A stretch of DNA of 64,000 bases from Bacteroidia bacterium (GCA_046299555.1 JBKBHS010000001.1:928009-992008); one strand, 5' to 3'. Shown: positions 1-10,704, counted from the first letter of the stretch. Made by a program: numbers and translations. The notes: a model not told the origin generated them from the letters alone.

Positions 1-230
1 GCTGCATTTTGAGCATTGCTTTTATATACTTCCTGATAAATTTCTAAGGCTCCTTTAGTATCTCCATTTAAAAACAAATGTCGCGCTTTTTGTGCTTTAA
101 TTCTATTGTTGGCATTATCAAAAAATCCAAGTGAGGTATCTTTTCCAAATGGAATATAAATATCTGCTAATAGCAGGTGTGTGTTTATAATAAAAAATAG
201 TGTAAATAATAGTTTTACAATATACTGCAT
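1..230 (-). CDS. hypothetical secreted protein, N-terminal fragment (continues past window start)
   Basis: Reverse-complement ATG at 228-230 gives MQYIVKLLFTLFFIINTHLLLA... (signal-peptide-like), open to position 1. Confidence 0.4.
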   Translation of the reverse strand, partial: MQYIVKLLFTLFFIINTHLLLADIYIPFGKDTSLGFFDNANNRIKAQKARHLFLNGDTKGALEIYQEVYKSNAQNA

Positions 231-359
231 GTTTGGTCCCTTGAAAAGTAATACTGAATTTATAAAAGTGTAAAAACAAATATATTGTTATTGACTAGTT
301 GGGTAAAACAAATACCGTTTAAGTTTTCAACAAACAAAACAACATTGTTAAAAACATGT

Positions 360-1097
360 TTAAATCTTAGAAAGAAATAGATTTAATACTTCTTGTTGCT
401 TTTTTCCAAAAGTGTAAACAATATTATTTTTTAAATAATAAGCTACATTTATTGAATATTGATTATGTAATTGATAAGCTTCTATACTTTTGTCAATATT
501 GTTGACACCATAAGCTAAAGCAATATTAAATGAGTTTATAAAGGTGATTGGAATTTTTTTATTAGCTACCCAACACGCAAAAACAAAAGGCATTCCGGTC
601 ATTTTTTTCCATTCGTGTGGCAAATCAAAAACAAAGGGGAATTTATTATTTAGTTCAAATGTTCGGTCGCCTATTACTACGGCAGCAGTTGTCCCGCTAA
701 TTTTTTCTTCAAAACCTTTTTCAGCTGAAATAAACTCAGGATTTATTTTCCAGTATTCTTTCGCCAATACCTGAACCAGTTTTACAGAGGTGCGCGATTG
801 ATAATCGAGATAAATTTTTTCTATTTTTTCAAGTGGCACTTGACTGTAAAGCATAACAGAATGTACTGCTCCGTCAGCTCCAATACAAAAATCGGAAATA
901 ATGTAATTTTCTTTTAAATGCGGAATAACAGCAACCGGAATTAAACCAATATCAACTTCATTGTGTAATAGTTTGCGAGCGCATTCAGCAGGAATATCTC
1001 TGCTTAAATTTAATTCTGAACCAATTAAACCCGATTGTTCCAGCCCATATAAAAAAGGCATAGAGTTGAGGTAGGATACAATGGAAACGTTTATCAA
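360..1097 (-). CDS. mqnA: chorismate dehydratase MqnA (futalosine-pathway menaquinone biosynthesis, MqnA/MqnD family)
   Basis: 245 aa; N-terminus MINVSIVSYLNSMPFLYGLE matches the MqnA hallmark (ISAVSYLNTKPLxYGL); length typical of family. Confidence 0.75.
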   Translation of the reverse strand: MINVSIVSYLNSMPFLYGLEQSGLIGSELNLSRDIPAECARKLLHNEVDIGLIPVAVIPHLKENYIISDFCIGADGAVHSVMLYSQVPLEKIEKIYLDYQSRTSVKLVQVLAKEYWKINPEFISAEKGFEEKISGTTAAVVIGDRTFELNNKFPFVFDLPHEWKKMTGMPFVFACWVANKKIPITFINSFNIALAYGVNNIDKSIEAYQLHNQYSINVAYYLKNNIVYTFGKKQQEVLNLFLSKI

Positions 1098-1140
1098 GGC
1101 GTATAATTTGATTGCAAAAGTACCTTTTTCGTATTAAAGT

Positions 1141-1262
1141 TTGAATGTGTTAATGTGTTAAAGTTTTTAAATTAGTTGAAATTCATTGAGATTAGTTAAG
1201 ATTGATTGAAATTAGTTGTGATTTATTATAACCCATTGATTCATTTACACATTTACAAATTT
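1141..1262. repeat. dispersed intergenic repeat copy A (gtgttaa / gagatt-gattgattgaaatt / tgattcatttacacatttaca modules)
   Basis: Shares motifs with 25779-25968, 26205-26346, 28470-28585, 29290-29462 and 32462-32575 (inverted). Confidence 0.6.
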
Positions 1263-1267
1263 GCATA

Positions 1268-2062
1268 TTATAATATTTGCCCACTGCTTTCTGTTTCCAG
1301 CTTTTTGAAAGTAACTACTGTTGCGGCTACGGTTCCATATACCGGTGCAAAAATCCAACCTATAAACGGTATTAAGAATAATGCATAAAAAATTAAACCA
1401 TTACTTATTGCCAGCGATTTATTATTTCTCATAAAGTTTAAACTTTCTTTTATCGAAAATGATTTTAGTTCCATGCTATAATCCATCATGGAAAAGCCAT
1501 AGAAATAACTTTGCACCAGAACTAAAATGATTGGTGTAAATAATCCTAAACCGGGAATGAATGAAATGATAAAGAGCAGAAGTGTTAGCAATAATTCTTT
1601 AAATAAGTTTCTCGTATTAATGCGTATGCCACGCCAGGTGTTTTTTAGAAAAATATTCCATCTGAATGTTCCTGTATTATAACCTAAATGATGAGCTGTT
1701 TTTTCTGCCAGGTATGCCATTAAAGGAGCAAGAATAATAAGCATCATGTTTCTGAAAAGCGAAAGGTAGAGGAGTAAATAAATAATTCTAATACCAATAC
1801 TTAAAACATAATAAAGGGCTTTTAGTAAGAAATTAATAAACTTAATTTCTGAGTGCTGAGGAAAAAAATGATACAACCAATCTACCAGCCATTGTAGATA
1901 CACCATAGCCAGCGAAAAGGTGCTTATAAAAAATAGCGTGGCTATAATTGAAGGATAAATTAAAAACTTCCAAAAGCCTTGCTGCCAAATAATGCTATTT
2001 GCTTCGGCATATGCTTGTATGCTTAGTTTAAAATTATCGATGATGTTTTTTAGAGAAATCAA
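1268..2062 (-). CDS. polytopic membrane protein (EI24/CysZ-like, uncertain)
   Basis: 264-aa ORF with multiple hydrophobic helices; family call is a guess. Confidence 0.55.
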   Translation of the reverse strand: MISLKNIIDNFKLSIQAYAEANSIIWQQGFWKFLIYPSIIATLFFISTFSLAMVYLQWLVDWLYHFFPQHSEIKFINFLLKALYYVLSIGIRIIYLLLYLSLFRNMMLIILAPLMAYLAEKTAHHLGYNTGTFRWNIFLKNTWRGIRINTRNLFKELLLTLLLFIISFIPGLGLFTPIILVLVQSYFYGFSMMDYSMELKSFSIKESLNFMRNNKSLAISNGLIFYALFLIPFIGWIFAPVYGTVAATVVTFKKLETESSGQIL

Positions 2063-2065
2063 TTA

Positions 2066-2836
2066 CTAAAAACGAATTTTAAAATTTTCCTTTGCTTGTT
2101 TGTTATGCAAAAAAACTATTCCCAATTGGAATAAATCAATTGTAACATTTGCCTTTGGGTGTTTGCAAATATTATTCCAGGCATCTTCCATTTCTTTCGA
2201 CCAGTGGATGTCGTCAAAAATTAAAATATCATGCTCTGTAGCATTTTTTATAATGCTTTCAAAATAGGAAATGGTAGCCTCTTTTTTATGGTTACCATCT
2301 ACATAATAAATGTTTTTCTTTCCTTTAATTTTTTCCAGTTCAGTGTTTAAACAATTATCGAATGTATCATTGATCAATTCAATGTTGGATAAATTAAGGT
2401 TTTTAAAATTTTCACGTGCTATGGAGGCAATGTTTTTACATCCTTCAATGCTAATTACATGTTTAGCAGCTAACGAAAGGTAAGCTGTGGTAATTCCAAG
2501 CGATGTACCCAATTCCAATACATTTTCTGTTTGGTGCCATTGGCAAATTCTGTAAAGCAGTTCGCAATATTTTTTAGGTTTTACAGATATGCGTGCAATG
2601 GAGGAAATGCTTCGTTTATTATTTTTATGAATTCTCGATCCTGCACCAAAATCGTTTATTTCAATTTCTGCATTACGGTGTAATAATTCATTTCGTAAGG
2701 CTTCTATTTTTTTAAAATCAGGATTTGATTGTTTGGCGTACACCACATTCTCAAGAAATGAATATACAAATGGAGAATGTGTGCCATGTAAGGTATTGGC
2801 TTGAAATAGATGTTTTATGTATGATAAAACTAGCAA
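2066..2836 (-). CDS. class I SAM-dependent methyltransferase
   Basis: 256 aa; LELGTSLGITTAYL glycine-rich SAM-binding motif and DGNH-type acidic motif. Confidence 0.65.
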   Translation of the reverse strand: MLVLSYIKHLFQANTLHGTHSPFVYSFLENVVYAKQSNPDFKKIEALRNELLHRNAEIEINDFGAGSRIHKNNKRSISSIARISVKPKKYCELLYRICQWHQTENVLELGTSLGITTAYLSLAAKHVISIEGCKNIASIARENFKNLNLSNIELINDTFDNCLNTELEKIKGKKNIYYVDGNHKKEATISYFESIIKNATEHDILIFDDIHWSKEMEDAWNNICKHPKANVTIDLFQLGIVFLHNKQAKENFKIRF

Positions 2837-2842
2837 ATAATT

Positions 2843-3766
2843 TTATTTTTTATCCTCAGGTTTATCAAACAATATATTACAGCCGGGTAGCAATATTCGC
2901 ATTATTTCAATTTGTTCTTCGCTAAAGCTATTGCCTCTAATATCTAGTTTGGCAAGGTTTCTAAAGTTTACAATATCATCGTTTAAACTGCTTAGTTGAT
3001 TATTTCTTAATGATAAAACCTTTAGTTTTCGCAGTTCATAAATGTTACGCGGAAGATTACTTATCTCGTTATTATCTAATACCAGCACTTCTAAATTTTT
3101 AAGATTGCAAATCTCATTTGGTAGTTTTTTTATTTTGTTTTTTGCAAGAACCAAACTTTTTAAATTTTTTAATTCACCTATGGAATTTGGAATTGAATCT
3201 ATGGGAGAATTATAGATAATAATGTCCTGTAAATTGGTTAAATTACCAATGCATTCGGGTAAATGCAATGTATCGGCTAAATTATTTTGAATATGAAAAA
3301 TTTTTAAGTTAGATAAATTACAAAGTTCTTTTGGAAAAGAATCGATTTTAGCTCCAATTAATTCGAGATGAATTAATAAATCCAAATTGCCAATTTCTTT
3401 TGGAAGACTTTGTAATGGGTTAAATTTGCTTGAAAAATAAATGAGGTTTGATAAATATGAAATTTCTGTTGGTAAATAGTTAATGCTATTATTCCCTATT
3501 TGAAGGGCTTGTAATTGTTCTAATTTGGATAATTTTTTTGCGTCTTTATTCCAATCAATAAATTGATCAGATAAGTCTAATTTGTAAGTATTTTTCGAAT
3601 TTTTTACTGCATCATTTAAGCTTGTATAAATTTCACTTCCATACGGCCCATATTTTTTTAGTGGAGGTAAATCATTTTGCCCAAATAGTTTAAGTATAAA
3701 TCCTCCTATCAGCAGAACAATACAAATAGCATATTTATTGGTAAAATACATGAAGCCAAAATACAA
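2843..3766 (-). CDS. leucine-rich repeat (LRR) protein
   Basis: 307 aa; many LxxLxxLxLxxNxL repeats (LSNLKIFHIQNNL, LKNLEVLVLDNNEISNLP); N-terminal hydrophobic segment. Confidence 0.8.
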   Translation of the reverse strand: MYFGFMYFTNKYAICIVLLIGGFILKLFGQNDLPPLKKYGPYGSEIYTSLNDAVKNSKNTYKLDLSDQFIDWNKDAKKLSKLEQLQALQIGNNSINYLPTEISYLSNLIYFSSKFNPLQSLPKEIGNLDLLIHLELIGAKIDSFPKELCNLSNLKIFHIQNNLADTLHLPECIGNLTNLQDIIIYNSPIDSIPNSIGELKNLKSLVLAKNKIKKLPNEICNLKNLEVLVLDNNEISNLPRNIYELRKLKVLSLRNNQLSSLNDDIVNFRNLAKLDIRGNSFSEEQIEIMRILLPGCNILFDKPEDKK

Positions 3767-3796
3767 TTTGTTTTTGGCTTTTTAAAGTCTTAAAAT

Positions 3797-4663
3797 TTAA
3801 AGCGTAAAAGTTTTTTTAAATATTAATTGGCTGCTATCTTCAAAAATTAAAATTTGATATTCTCCTTTGGGCCATCCTTTAATATTTAAATTTACATGAT
3901 ACGAGTAATTTCCCGGACCTTCTGATGAATTTTTTACTAAAGCATTCATAATTCTTCCATTTTTATCTCTAACTTGTATAGAAGTAATTCCGTTATTTTT
4001 CTTAATGTAATTAATGTCTCCTTTAAGCAAATAGTGTTTTCCGCTAAATAATGACGAAGTATCTTTTAAATAATAAATGTTATACCAAGGTAATTCAATG
4101 CCTTTAATTTCTGCCAAAGTTTTTCTTAGTTCATATACATCATCCATTTTATCAGAATGAACTGAAGCAATTTCATGATTGTTGCTCAAGACCCAAATAG
4201 CATGCTGTATAGCGTCAATTGGAAAATTATTTTTATTGATTACTTCAGCTAATTTAATCCATTCTGGCGGAGCCATTTTACCAACAGAAAAATTAATATC
4301 TTTTTGAGGAGAGCGATCGGTGCTTTCACAACAAAAAGCAAAAGCATCGTTAGTTTTTGTTTCATTAGGAGTGAGTGTAATTAATTGCTCTTTAACGATT
4401 AATAAATCTTGCATGGAGCTATCGCTGCACATAAGTCTTCTGCCATATTCTAAATGAAGTATGATTGCTTCGTTTGAAATATTTTTACTTACAATACTGG
4501 CAGAATTTCCTTTGTGTTCACCTTTACCTTTTATTTCGAGTATGATTTTATTTTTTCGAAATGCTTCTTCAATTGAAATAATTGGAGATTTAAGATGTGC
4601 ATGTGTTTTAATATACAACACGATACTTATTACTAACAGAAAATAAAATTTCACTGAAATCAT
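3797..4663 (-). CDS. hypothetical secreted protein (ORF extends to 4747; likely start MISVKF... at 4663)
   Basis: ORF with signal-peptide-like N-terminus from the internal Met; no recognisable domain. Confidence 0.5.
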   Translation of the reverse strand: MISVKFYFLLVISIVLYIKTHAHLKSPIISIEEAFRKNKIILEIKGKGEHKGNSASIVSKNISNEAIILHLEYGRRLMCSDSSMQDLLIVKEQLITLTPNETKTNDAFAFCCESTDRSPQKDINFSVGKMAPPEWIKLAEVINKNNFPIDAIQHAIWVLSNNHEIASVHSDKMDDVYELRKTLAEIKGIELPWYNIYYLKDTSSLFSGKHYLLKGDINYIKKNNGITSIQVRDKNGRIMNALVKNSSEGPGNYSYHVNLNIKGWPKGEYQILIFEDSSQLIFKKTFTL

Positions 4664-4838
4664 GATACCTCCTTTTTTAAAGTATTCCCATGGGTGTTTG
4701 AATTCCCTTTTTGCCATTGCATTTTCTAGGTGCTGCGCATGAAGCACATTGTATAATGGTAAAGGTTAGTATAATTGCTATGATAAATCTTCGACACATA
4801 CTAAATCAACGGTCGCTCTTGTCGATTTATTGTATCAT

Positions 4839-4867
4839 AAAAAAAGCCCCTGATATCAGGGGCTTTT
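4839..4867 (-). terminator. rho-independent terminator downstream of GH18 gene
   Basis: Perfect palindrome gcccctgatatcaggggc followed by T-run on minus strand. Confidence 0.8.
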
Positions 4868-4884
4868 AAAAGGTATATGAAAAT

Positions 4885-7857
4885 TTATTTTTTGATAAAT
4901 GGAAGTAGAAATCGATCATTGTCATTTTCAATCTTTATAAAATAATTTCCGCTACTTAAATGAGAAACTGAAACGTCCTTATCTTTCTCTGAACTGTTGA
5001 ATTGAAGACAAATTCTACCGTTTGAGTCAAAAATAGTTACAACATAATTATTTTTTATATTGGTTTTAATTGTTATAAAATCGCTTGCCGGATTAGGGAA
5101 AACAGACACCTTGATATTATTTTGATTATTAGCAATCCAAGTTGGATTTGTGGAAGTGGTATCAAATACAATTTGTCCGTTGCTAATAGCTGTATCGCCT
5201 ATTAAACCTGCACCATTTACAGCCCTAACTGTAAAGTAATATATTTGATTATAGTTTAAATTTAATCCTGTTTCATTTACACTAAGAGCATTGCTATTAT
5301 TACTCCAGGCTATAACATTACTATCACCGGGAGCAGTACCGATAGCATACCAATATTGACTAATTCCGGAATTGGTATCAACAGCAGCCTGCCAATTGGC
5401 AGAAAGTTGTGAGGTGCTGTAAGTTGTATCAATATCGTTTCCTGTTCCGTCATTTAATGTTGTAACAGTGGTTGGAGGTGTCCAATCTACATTAACATCT
5501 TGAGAGGCAATAGTTGATAAATTACCTGCAATATCTTGCACTATTGATTTAACTCTTCCTGCAGGTTGATTAGGAATAGGGTTTTGATAACGGATATCCT
5601 TATTATTTTGTGGTCCAACACTAATTAGAGTAGAAGGGAAGCGAGAACGATAAACTTTTAAATTATTTATCATATAATCACAATTCCCACTTCTAAATGA
5701 GATATAGTCACCACTTGCATAAGGTGATGAATCTGTCCATTGTGCAGATAACACATCGTTAATATAAACGTTAATTTTACCTAAAATTCTATCGTAAGTT
5801 ACTTTAAAATCGTACCATGTGTTGGCGGTAAAATTATAAGGAACATCAATCATCGGAGAACCAAAATTGTCGTTAATTACTTTATAAATTTGAATTTTGT
5901 CGTCATCTAATCTAAACCAAACAAAATAAGAATTACCTCTATTGGTTAATGTTGGGTTATCACAAAAGAAATGAAAACCGGCTCTTCGATTTGTTCCTGT
6001 TCCATCTATTTTTCCTGCCCAATGATATAAGTATCTATTAGATAAATCTTGTTTTAAAAATGCATAAATATTTGTGTTACCAAGAGTTTGATTTGATTGA
6101 TGTAAATATCCATTTGTAATTTGCCATGTACCTGTAACGCTTGTCCAGTCTGCATGAGGAGTTGTAGTTTGGTCAAAATTATCGCTGAAGAAACCTCTGT
6201 TGGCATTTGCTCTCCATTCTGTTCCATCAAATTCTAATACTTGATAAAAACTTTTGTCAATTCCGGTACCACCAGTGTTGTCTGCATCGGTATAATTTGC
6301 AGTAAAGTCATTAGTAATCCAACCATTTGGAACACTTACGGATGTTGTTGGTGCAATATTATCAATAATGCATTGGTAGATTGCTTGCCAACCTGATGAA
6401 GTTGTGCTGTTGTCTGATTTGAATCGAAGTGTTACATGTCCTGAATTAGTTGTAAATGTTCCGGGAGAATTATTCCCATGATAAGCACCAATAAGAGGTG
6501 CATTTGTGTTAATTCCGTTATAAATAAATAATGTGTCGTAATTGGCTTCGGTAGAGAATGAAGTAAAGTTAAGTGTTATAGCACTTGCGTTAGTTGGTGA
6601 TATGGTGTATGTATAATTTTCATTATTATAATAATTCCCCTGAGGTCCCCCCATGTCCCAAATAGTATCAGAGCATGCAACCGTTCCACAATTCGTAAAT
6701 TTTTCTTCTATTTTATTCCAAAAATCAGGGTAACCATCATCTTGACCTAAAGCCCAAATACCTACACCGGCTATATTTCGTTGTTTTACCAAATCAAATC
6801 GTTTGCCCATGGTGTATGCGTTATTTATATGGCATTGTCTCCAGTTTCCACCGCTTTGATATGCATAATAAATACTTTGGCTGCGCTGAACAAACCCCGG
6901 ATTGTTATAAATTGAAGGATTGTTTTTTACATAAGCGAATGTTCTTGCACTTTGAACATTTCCGGTTGTATTTGCGGGTATTGTGTTGGCTGTAACTTCC
7001 CATTCGCGTCCATAGAATGGTAATCCTAATACTAATTTATTAGTTGGAATTCCTTTGTTTAAATAGAAGGTTATAGAGCGTGAAAGATTGTAATCATAAG
7101 TATTGGTAAAACTATACAAAGGGTCGGTTGGGCCGGCTTGAGAGCTTCCGCTCCAATAATAATCATACCCCATTATAATGAATAAGTCAACTTGAGTCAT
7201 ATTAGCAACATCGTATGCATTGCTCCAATCTACAGCAGGTAGGGCTATTGATAGTTGTGAACCCGGTATAGCATTGTGTAATTGAGTGCCTAACGCATTC
7301 ATAAATGCAGTCATATTAGCTGATTGCGATGATGGTAACCCTTCTATATCGATATTTATACCATGCGCCCCTCTAGATTGTACAAGATTAATCAAATTAT
7401 TTATACAAGTTTGTCGGGCAGTTGCATTGCCTAAAAAAGTTGCATGATTGCTAAAAAGTGTGGCACATAAGTTTACTCTTACACCATTATTTAATGCAGC
7501 GGTTACAACACCTGCAGTTGCCCAATTATTTGTATTAACAGCGTTTCCGGTATTGGCATCAATTTCGTATGAAAAGTAAGATAGGTCTGAAAGTAAATTC
7601 CATTGATAGTTATTGTAAATGGCAGCATTGTTCATCCAATAGGGATGCCAACCAAAAACAATTTTATTTAAATTGCAATTTTGTGCGGCACGTTGATATT
7701 CAACAATTTTTTGTTGTAACATCATATTTTCATAATCTTGTGCACTTAGCCCTATGTTTTTGTGCTCTTCAAGCATTTCGTGATGAACAGAGGTGTATTG
7801 AGCAAAGCTGCTTGTAAAAGTTATAATGGTAAAAAAGATTTGAAATATTTTTTTCAT
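4885..7857 (-). CDS. GH18 family glycoside hydrolase (chitinase-like), T9SS type-A C-terminal sorting domain
   Basis: 990 aa; GH18 motifs (GWHPYW..., FIIMGYDYYW); long beta-rich central region; C-terminal ~80 aa Por secretion tail (KVSVFPNPASDFITIK...FIKIENDNDRF). Confidence 0.8.
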   Translation of the reverse strand: MKKIFQIFFTIITFTSSFAQYTSVHHEMLEEHKNIGLSAQDYENMMLQQKIVEYQRAAQNCNLNKIVFGWHPYWMNNAAIYNNYQWNLLSDLSYFSYEIDANTGNAVNTNNWATAGVVTAALNNGVRVNLCATLFSNHATFLGNATARQTCINNLINLVQSRGAHGINIDIEGLPSSQSANMTAFMNALGTQLHNAIPGSQLSIALPAVDWSNAYDVANMTQVDLFIIMGYDYYWSGSSQAGPTDPLYSFTNTYDYNLSRSITFYLNKGIPTNKLVLGLPFYGREWEVTANTIPANTTGNVQSARTFAYVKNNPSIYNNPGFVQRSQSIYYAYQSGGNWRQCHINNAYTMGKRFDLVKQRNIAGVGIWALGQDDGYPDFWNKIEEKFTNCGTVACSDTIWDMGGPQGNYYNNENYTYTISPTNASAITLNFTSFSTEANYDTLFIYNGINTNAPLIGAYHGNNSPGTFTTNSGHVTLRFKSDNSTTSSGWQAIYQCIIDNIAPTTSVSVPNGWITNDFTANYTDADNTGGTGIDKSFYQVLEFDGTEWRANANRGFFSDNFDQTTTPHADWTSVTGTWQITNGYLHQSNQTLGNTNIYAFLKQDLSNRYLYHWAGKIDGTGTNRRAGFHFFCDNPTLTNRGNSYFVWFRLDDDKIQIYKVINDNFGSPMIDVPYNFTANTWYDFKVTYDRILGKINVYINDVLSAQWTDSSPYASGDYISFRSGNCDYMINNLKVYRSRFPSTLISVGPQNNKDIRYQNPIPNQPAGRVKSIVQDIAGNLSTIASQDVNVDWTPPTTVTTLNDGTGNDIDTTYSTSQLSANWQAAVDTNSGISQYWYAIGTAPGDSNVIAWSNNSNALSVNETGLNLNYNQIYYFTVRAVNGAGLIGDTAISNGQIVFDTTSTNPTWIANNQNNIKVSVFPNPASDFITIKTNIKNNYVVTIFDSNGRICLQFNSSEKDKDVSVSHLSSGNYFIKIENDNDRFLLPFIKK

Positions 7858-7880
7858 AATCTTAAATTTAAGGTAATGTG

Positions 7881-8789
7881 TTAATTGAAAAATCGTGGTG
7901 ACTTATAGTTATATCGTTTTTTGTTTATAGTTTTAAATGTGCCCGAAATCATTATTTCGTGCGAACCACTGCTAAATGTTCTTAAGGGTTTTGCATTAAA
8001 GTCGTATGAATAACCTAATCTAAATTCATCTGTAATATTAAAACCAACTAATGCAACAAAAGATTCTTTTAAGCGGTAAGACATACCTGCATAATATTTA
8101 TTGCGATAATATACATTGGTGTTTAGTTCATATTGATTAACGTTAACTCGACTTTTCATCAAAAATGCCGGTATAACATCAATTTCTTCATTCGCTTTTA
8201 TTTTATATTTAGCATATGCAAAATAATGGCGTGGAATTCTAAAAATAGTGGCATTGTCTAATGAACGGTCAACGTGAGTGGAAGAAATACCGGCTGTAAT
8301 TTTTTCTGAATTAAATTCAAATCCAAAACCAAAATCAGGTTTAAAAGCGCTTTGCCTTCCATAAATTGCATATTGGTCACCTACTTCTTCAAATATTAAT
8401 TTGCTTCCATCTAAGCGTTTATTTATAAATCCGGCACTTAACCCCGCTGAAATTGTTGCTTTTTCTGAAAGGCGTAAATGATAGGCATAATTCAAACGAG
8501 CAGTTAATGAATTTTCAAAACCTAATTTGTCGTTTATGATAACAAGACCTAATCCGCCTCCAATTTTTTCAAGCCAAGTGTGAGCATTTAAAAATTGAGT
8601 AGATGGTGCATTTTCAACTCCCATCCACTGCTGTCTGGCTACTAAATTGGCATGAATTTTATTTGAATTCCCGGCAACGGCAGGATTGTAGATCAATTCA
8701 TTAAACATGAAATGACTAAACTGAATATCGTTTTGCGATTTTACCGCAAACGCAATCAGTGTTAAAACAATGAAAAAATATTTTTTCAT
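7881..8789 (-). CDS. PorP/SprF family T9SS outer-membrane protein (adhesin-associated paralog)
   Basis: 302 aa; signal peptide then conserved N-terminal QNDIQFSHFMFNELIYNPAVAGN...ARQQWMG typical of PorP/SprF. Confidence 0.85.
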   Translation of the reverse strand: MKKYFFIVLTLIAFAVKSQNDIQFSHFMFNELIYNPAVAGNSNKIHANLVARQQWMGVENAPSTQFLNAHTWLEKIGGGLGLVIINDKLGFENSLTARLNYAYHLRLSEKATISAGLSAGFINKRLDGSKLIFEEVGDQYAIYGRQSAFKPDFGFGFEFNSEKITAGISSTHVDRSLDNATIFRIPRHYFAYAKYKIKANEEIDVIPAFLMKSRVNVNQYELNTNVYYRNKYYAGMSYRLKESFVALVGFNITDEFRLGYSYDFNAKPLRTFSSGSHEIMISGTFKTINKKRYNYKSPRFFN

Positions 8790-8799
8790 AAATTTTATT

Positions 8800-10698
8800 T
8801 TAATAATTCGTTACTTGAAAAGTTGTTCTTCTGTTTTTGGCGTGTTCTTCTTCCGTCTTTGCGTTTTTTATAAGTGGTTGCGATTCTCCGTAACCTTTAG
8901 CTTGTAAACGTTTAGCATCAATGCCTTTTTGAATCAAATAATTTACTACGCTTTGTGAACGCTTTTCTGATAATTTCAAATTATATTCATCTGTACCTTG
9001 TTCATCGGTGTGAGAATTGATAACAATTTCTACTTGTGGTGTTTCTTGTAATATGTTAACTAATTTATCAAGTTCTTTTTTAGATTCTTCTTTTAGTTCG
9101 TATTTATCAAAATCGTAGTAAATATTCGGGATGGTAATTTCTTTCTTAGTTATTTTAAGTAATCCAAAATCTAAATCGTATCCTGTTTTTTTAGATATAA
9201 CGGTATTCTTTTTAATACCATCTGTATTAAAGTTTTTAGAATCTCCGAAATATCCTTCTTTATGTGCGCTTACTTCATACTTTACATCGGTTTTTAAATC
9301 TTTAAATGTGTAAACTCCTTTATTGTTTGTAAAAGTAGAATCAAAACTTCCATCGCTTCCTTTTAAAAATACTTGAACTTTAGAAATGGCTTTACCGGTT
9401 TCAGAATCAACAATGGTTCCGGTAGCTGAAATTTGTATATCAAGTAATTGAAATTGCCAAATATCGTCATCGCCTTTGCCTCCGTCTCTGTTGCTGCAAA
9501 ACCAACCTTGTGTATTTGATTTTAAAATAATTCCGAAATCGTCTGTATTTGAGTTAATGGGTTTTTTAAGGTTTTGTACGTTTGAAAATCCTTTATCTTT
9601 TATTGTTGCAACAAAAATATCTAATCCACCATAGCCGGGATGTCCGTTAGAAGAAAAATAAAACAAACTATCATTATATACAAATGGAAACATTTCGTCT
9701 GCTTCGGTATTAATTTTTTTTCCGGCATTTTTAGGTTTGCTCCATAAACCAAGAGCATCTTTCTGAATATACCAAATATCTTTTCCTCCTTGTCCTCCGG
9801 GCATATCGGATACAAAGTATAATGTGTTACCATTATTGGCTAATGCCGGATGGCCAACACTGTATTTTTTATCGTAATCAAATTCAAAAACTTTTCCTGC
9901 ATCCCATGTTTTAGTGGTTTCATTATAGGATGTTGTAAGAATAAAGCATGTTTCTTTTTTACCATCTTCACCATTGCATTGCATAAAATAAACGATGTTA
10001 TTTTTATCATCAAACGCAATGGTACCATCATTAAATTTTGAATTTAAGCCACCTTTGCTCTTTTGAGCATTAATAAAACGTTCTTTTTTTGAATCGTATA
10101 TGGCTTCATAATAATCAGAAAAGCCTTGTCCGGTATAGGTATCAAAACGCTTATCGTTCTCTTCAATACGAGTAGAAGCAAAAATTAATTTGTCTTTGTA
10201 AAAAGCTAATCCATACTCACTGAAAGGAGAGTTTATTACTTCTTCATTTATAATTAAATATTGTTCGTTTACTTCATTGTTTTTTTGAGCAAATATGCAG
10301 GATTCGATTTTACGTTTTAAAATTTTATCATCTTGTTTAAATTCTAAAGCCTTATTGTATGCTGCATCAGCTAAGGTATATTCGCCATTTTTTATTAAAA
10401 TGTCGCCATAGTTTACAAAAAAATCAAACGAACGTAATCCTTCATTTAAAGCAATATCATACCATTTTTTAGCTTCTTTATGATTGTTCATATAACGATA
10501 GGATTCGCCTATTAAATAGGCAACATCTTTCTTTTTTTCTTTGCTAACATCTTTCTTGAAAGATTTTTCGTACAATTTGGCAGCAACAGCATATTCCTTG
10601 TATTTAAAGGCACTGTCAGCTTTTTGTAAATTACTTTGTGCTTTAGCAAATACAGAAAAAAATAAGATTGAGAGTATGATGAATTGTTTATACTGCAT
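8800..10698 (-). CDS. OmpA family protein with TPR and WD40/TolB-like beta-propeller regions
   Basis: 632 aa; C-terminal OmpA domain (NIYYDFDKYEL...NSHTDEQGTDEYNLKLSEKRSQSVVNYL); N-terminal TPR-like helices. Confidence 0.85.
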   Translation of the reverse strand: MQYKQFIILSILFFSVFAKAQSNLQKADSAFKYKEYAVAAKLYEKSFKKDVSKEKKKDVAYLIGESYRYMNNHKEAKKWYDIALNEGLRSFDFFVNYGDILIKNGEYTLADAAYNKALEFKQDDKILKRKIESCIFAQKNNEVNEQYLIINEEVINSPFSEYGLAFYKDKLIFASTRIEENDKRFDTYTGQGFSDYYEAIYDSKKERFINAQKSKGGLNSKFNDGTIAFDDKNNIVYFMQCNGEDGKKETCFILTTSYNETTKTWDAGKVFEFDYDKKYSVGHPALANNGNTLYFVSDMPGGQGGKDIWYIQKDALGLWSKPKNAGKKINTEADEMFPFVYNDSLFYFSSNGHPGYGGLDIFVATIKDKGFSNVQNLKKPINSNTDDFGIILKSNTQGWFCSNRDGGKGDDDIWQFQLLDIQISATGTIVDSETGKAISKVQVFLKGSDGSFDSTFTNNKGVYTFKDLKTDVKYEVSAHKEGYFGDSKNFNTDGIKKNTVISKKTGYDLDFGLLKITKKEITIPNIYYDFDKYELKEESKKELDKLVNILQETPQVEIVINSHTDEQGTDEYNLKLSEKRSQSVVNYLIQKGIDAKRLQAKGYGESQPLIKNAKTEEEHAKNRRTTFQVTNY

Positions 10699-10704
10699 AA
10701 TTCT

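Noticed and set aside
544-774. Short antisense or overlapping ORFs inside confident genes (e.g. 544-774, 7569-7817, 9131-9313, 9621-10041, 11315-11512, 12833-13030, 15071-15277, 24221-24664, 31260-31932, 33957-34268, 42925-43167, 43513-43806, 56255-56467, 59579-59863, 63776-63964)
   Set aside because: They are embedded in or antisense to longer ORFs with clear homology-type signatures; typical spurious frames.
1206-1388. 60-aa plus-strand ORF over the repeat element and the end of the membrane-protein gene
   Set aside because: Overlaps the intergenic repeat and the convergent gene's 3' end; no start context; likely not coding.
4461-4646. 61-aa plus-strand ORF inside hypothetical gene 3797-4747
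   Set aside because: Antisense to a longer ORF, no signal or domain features.
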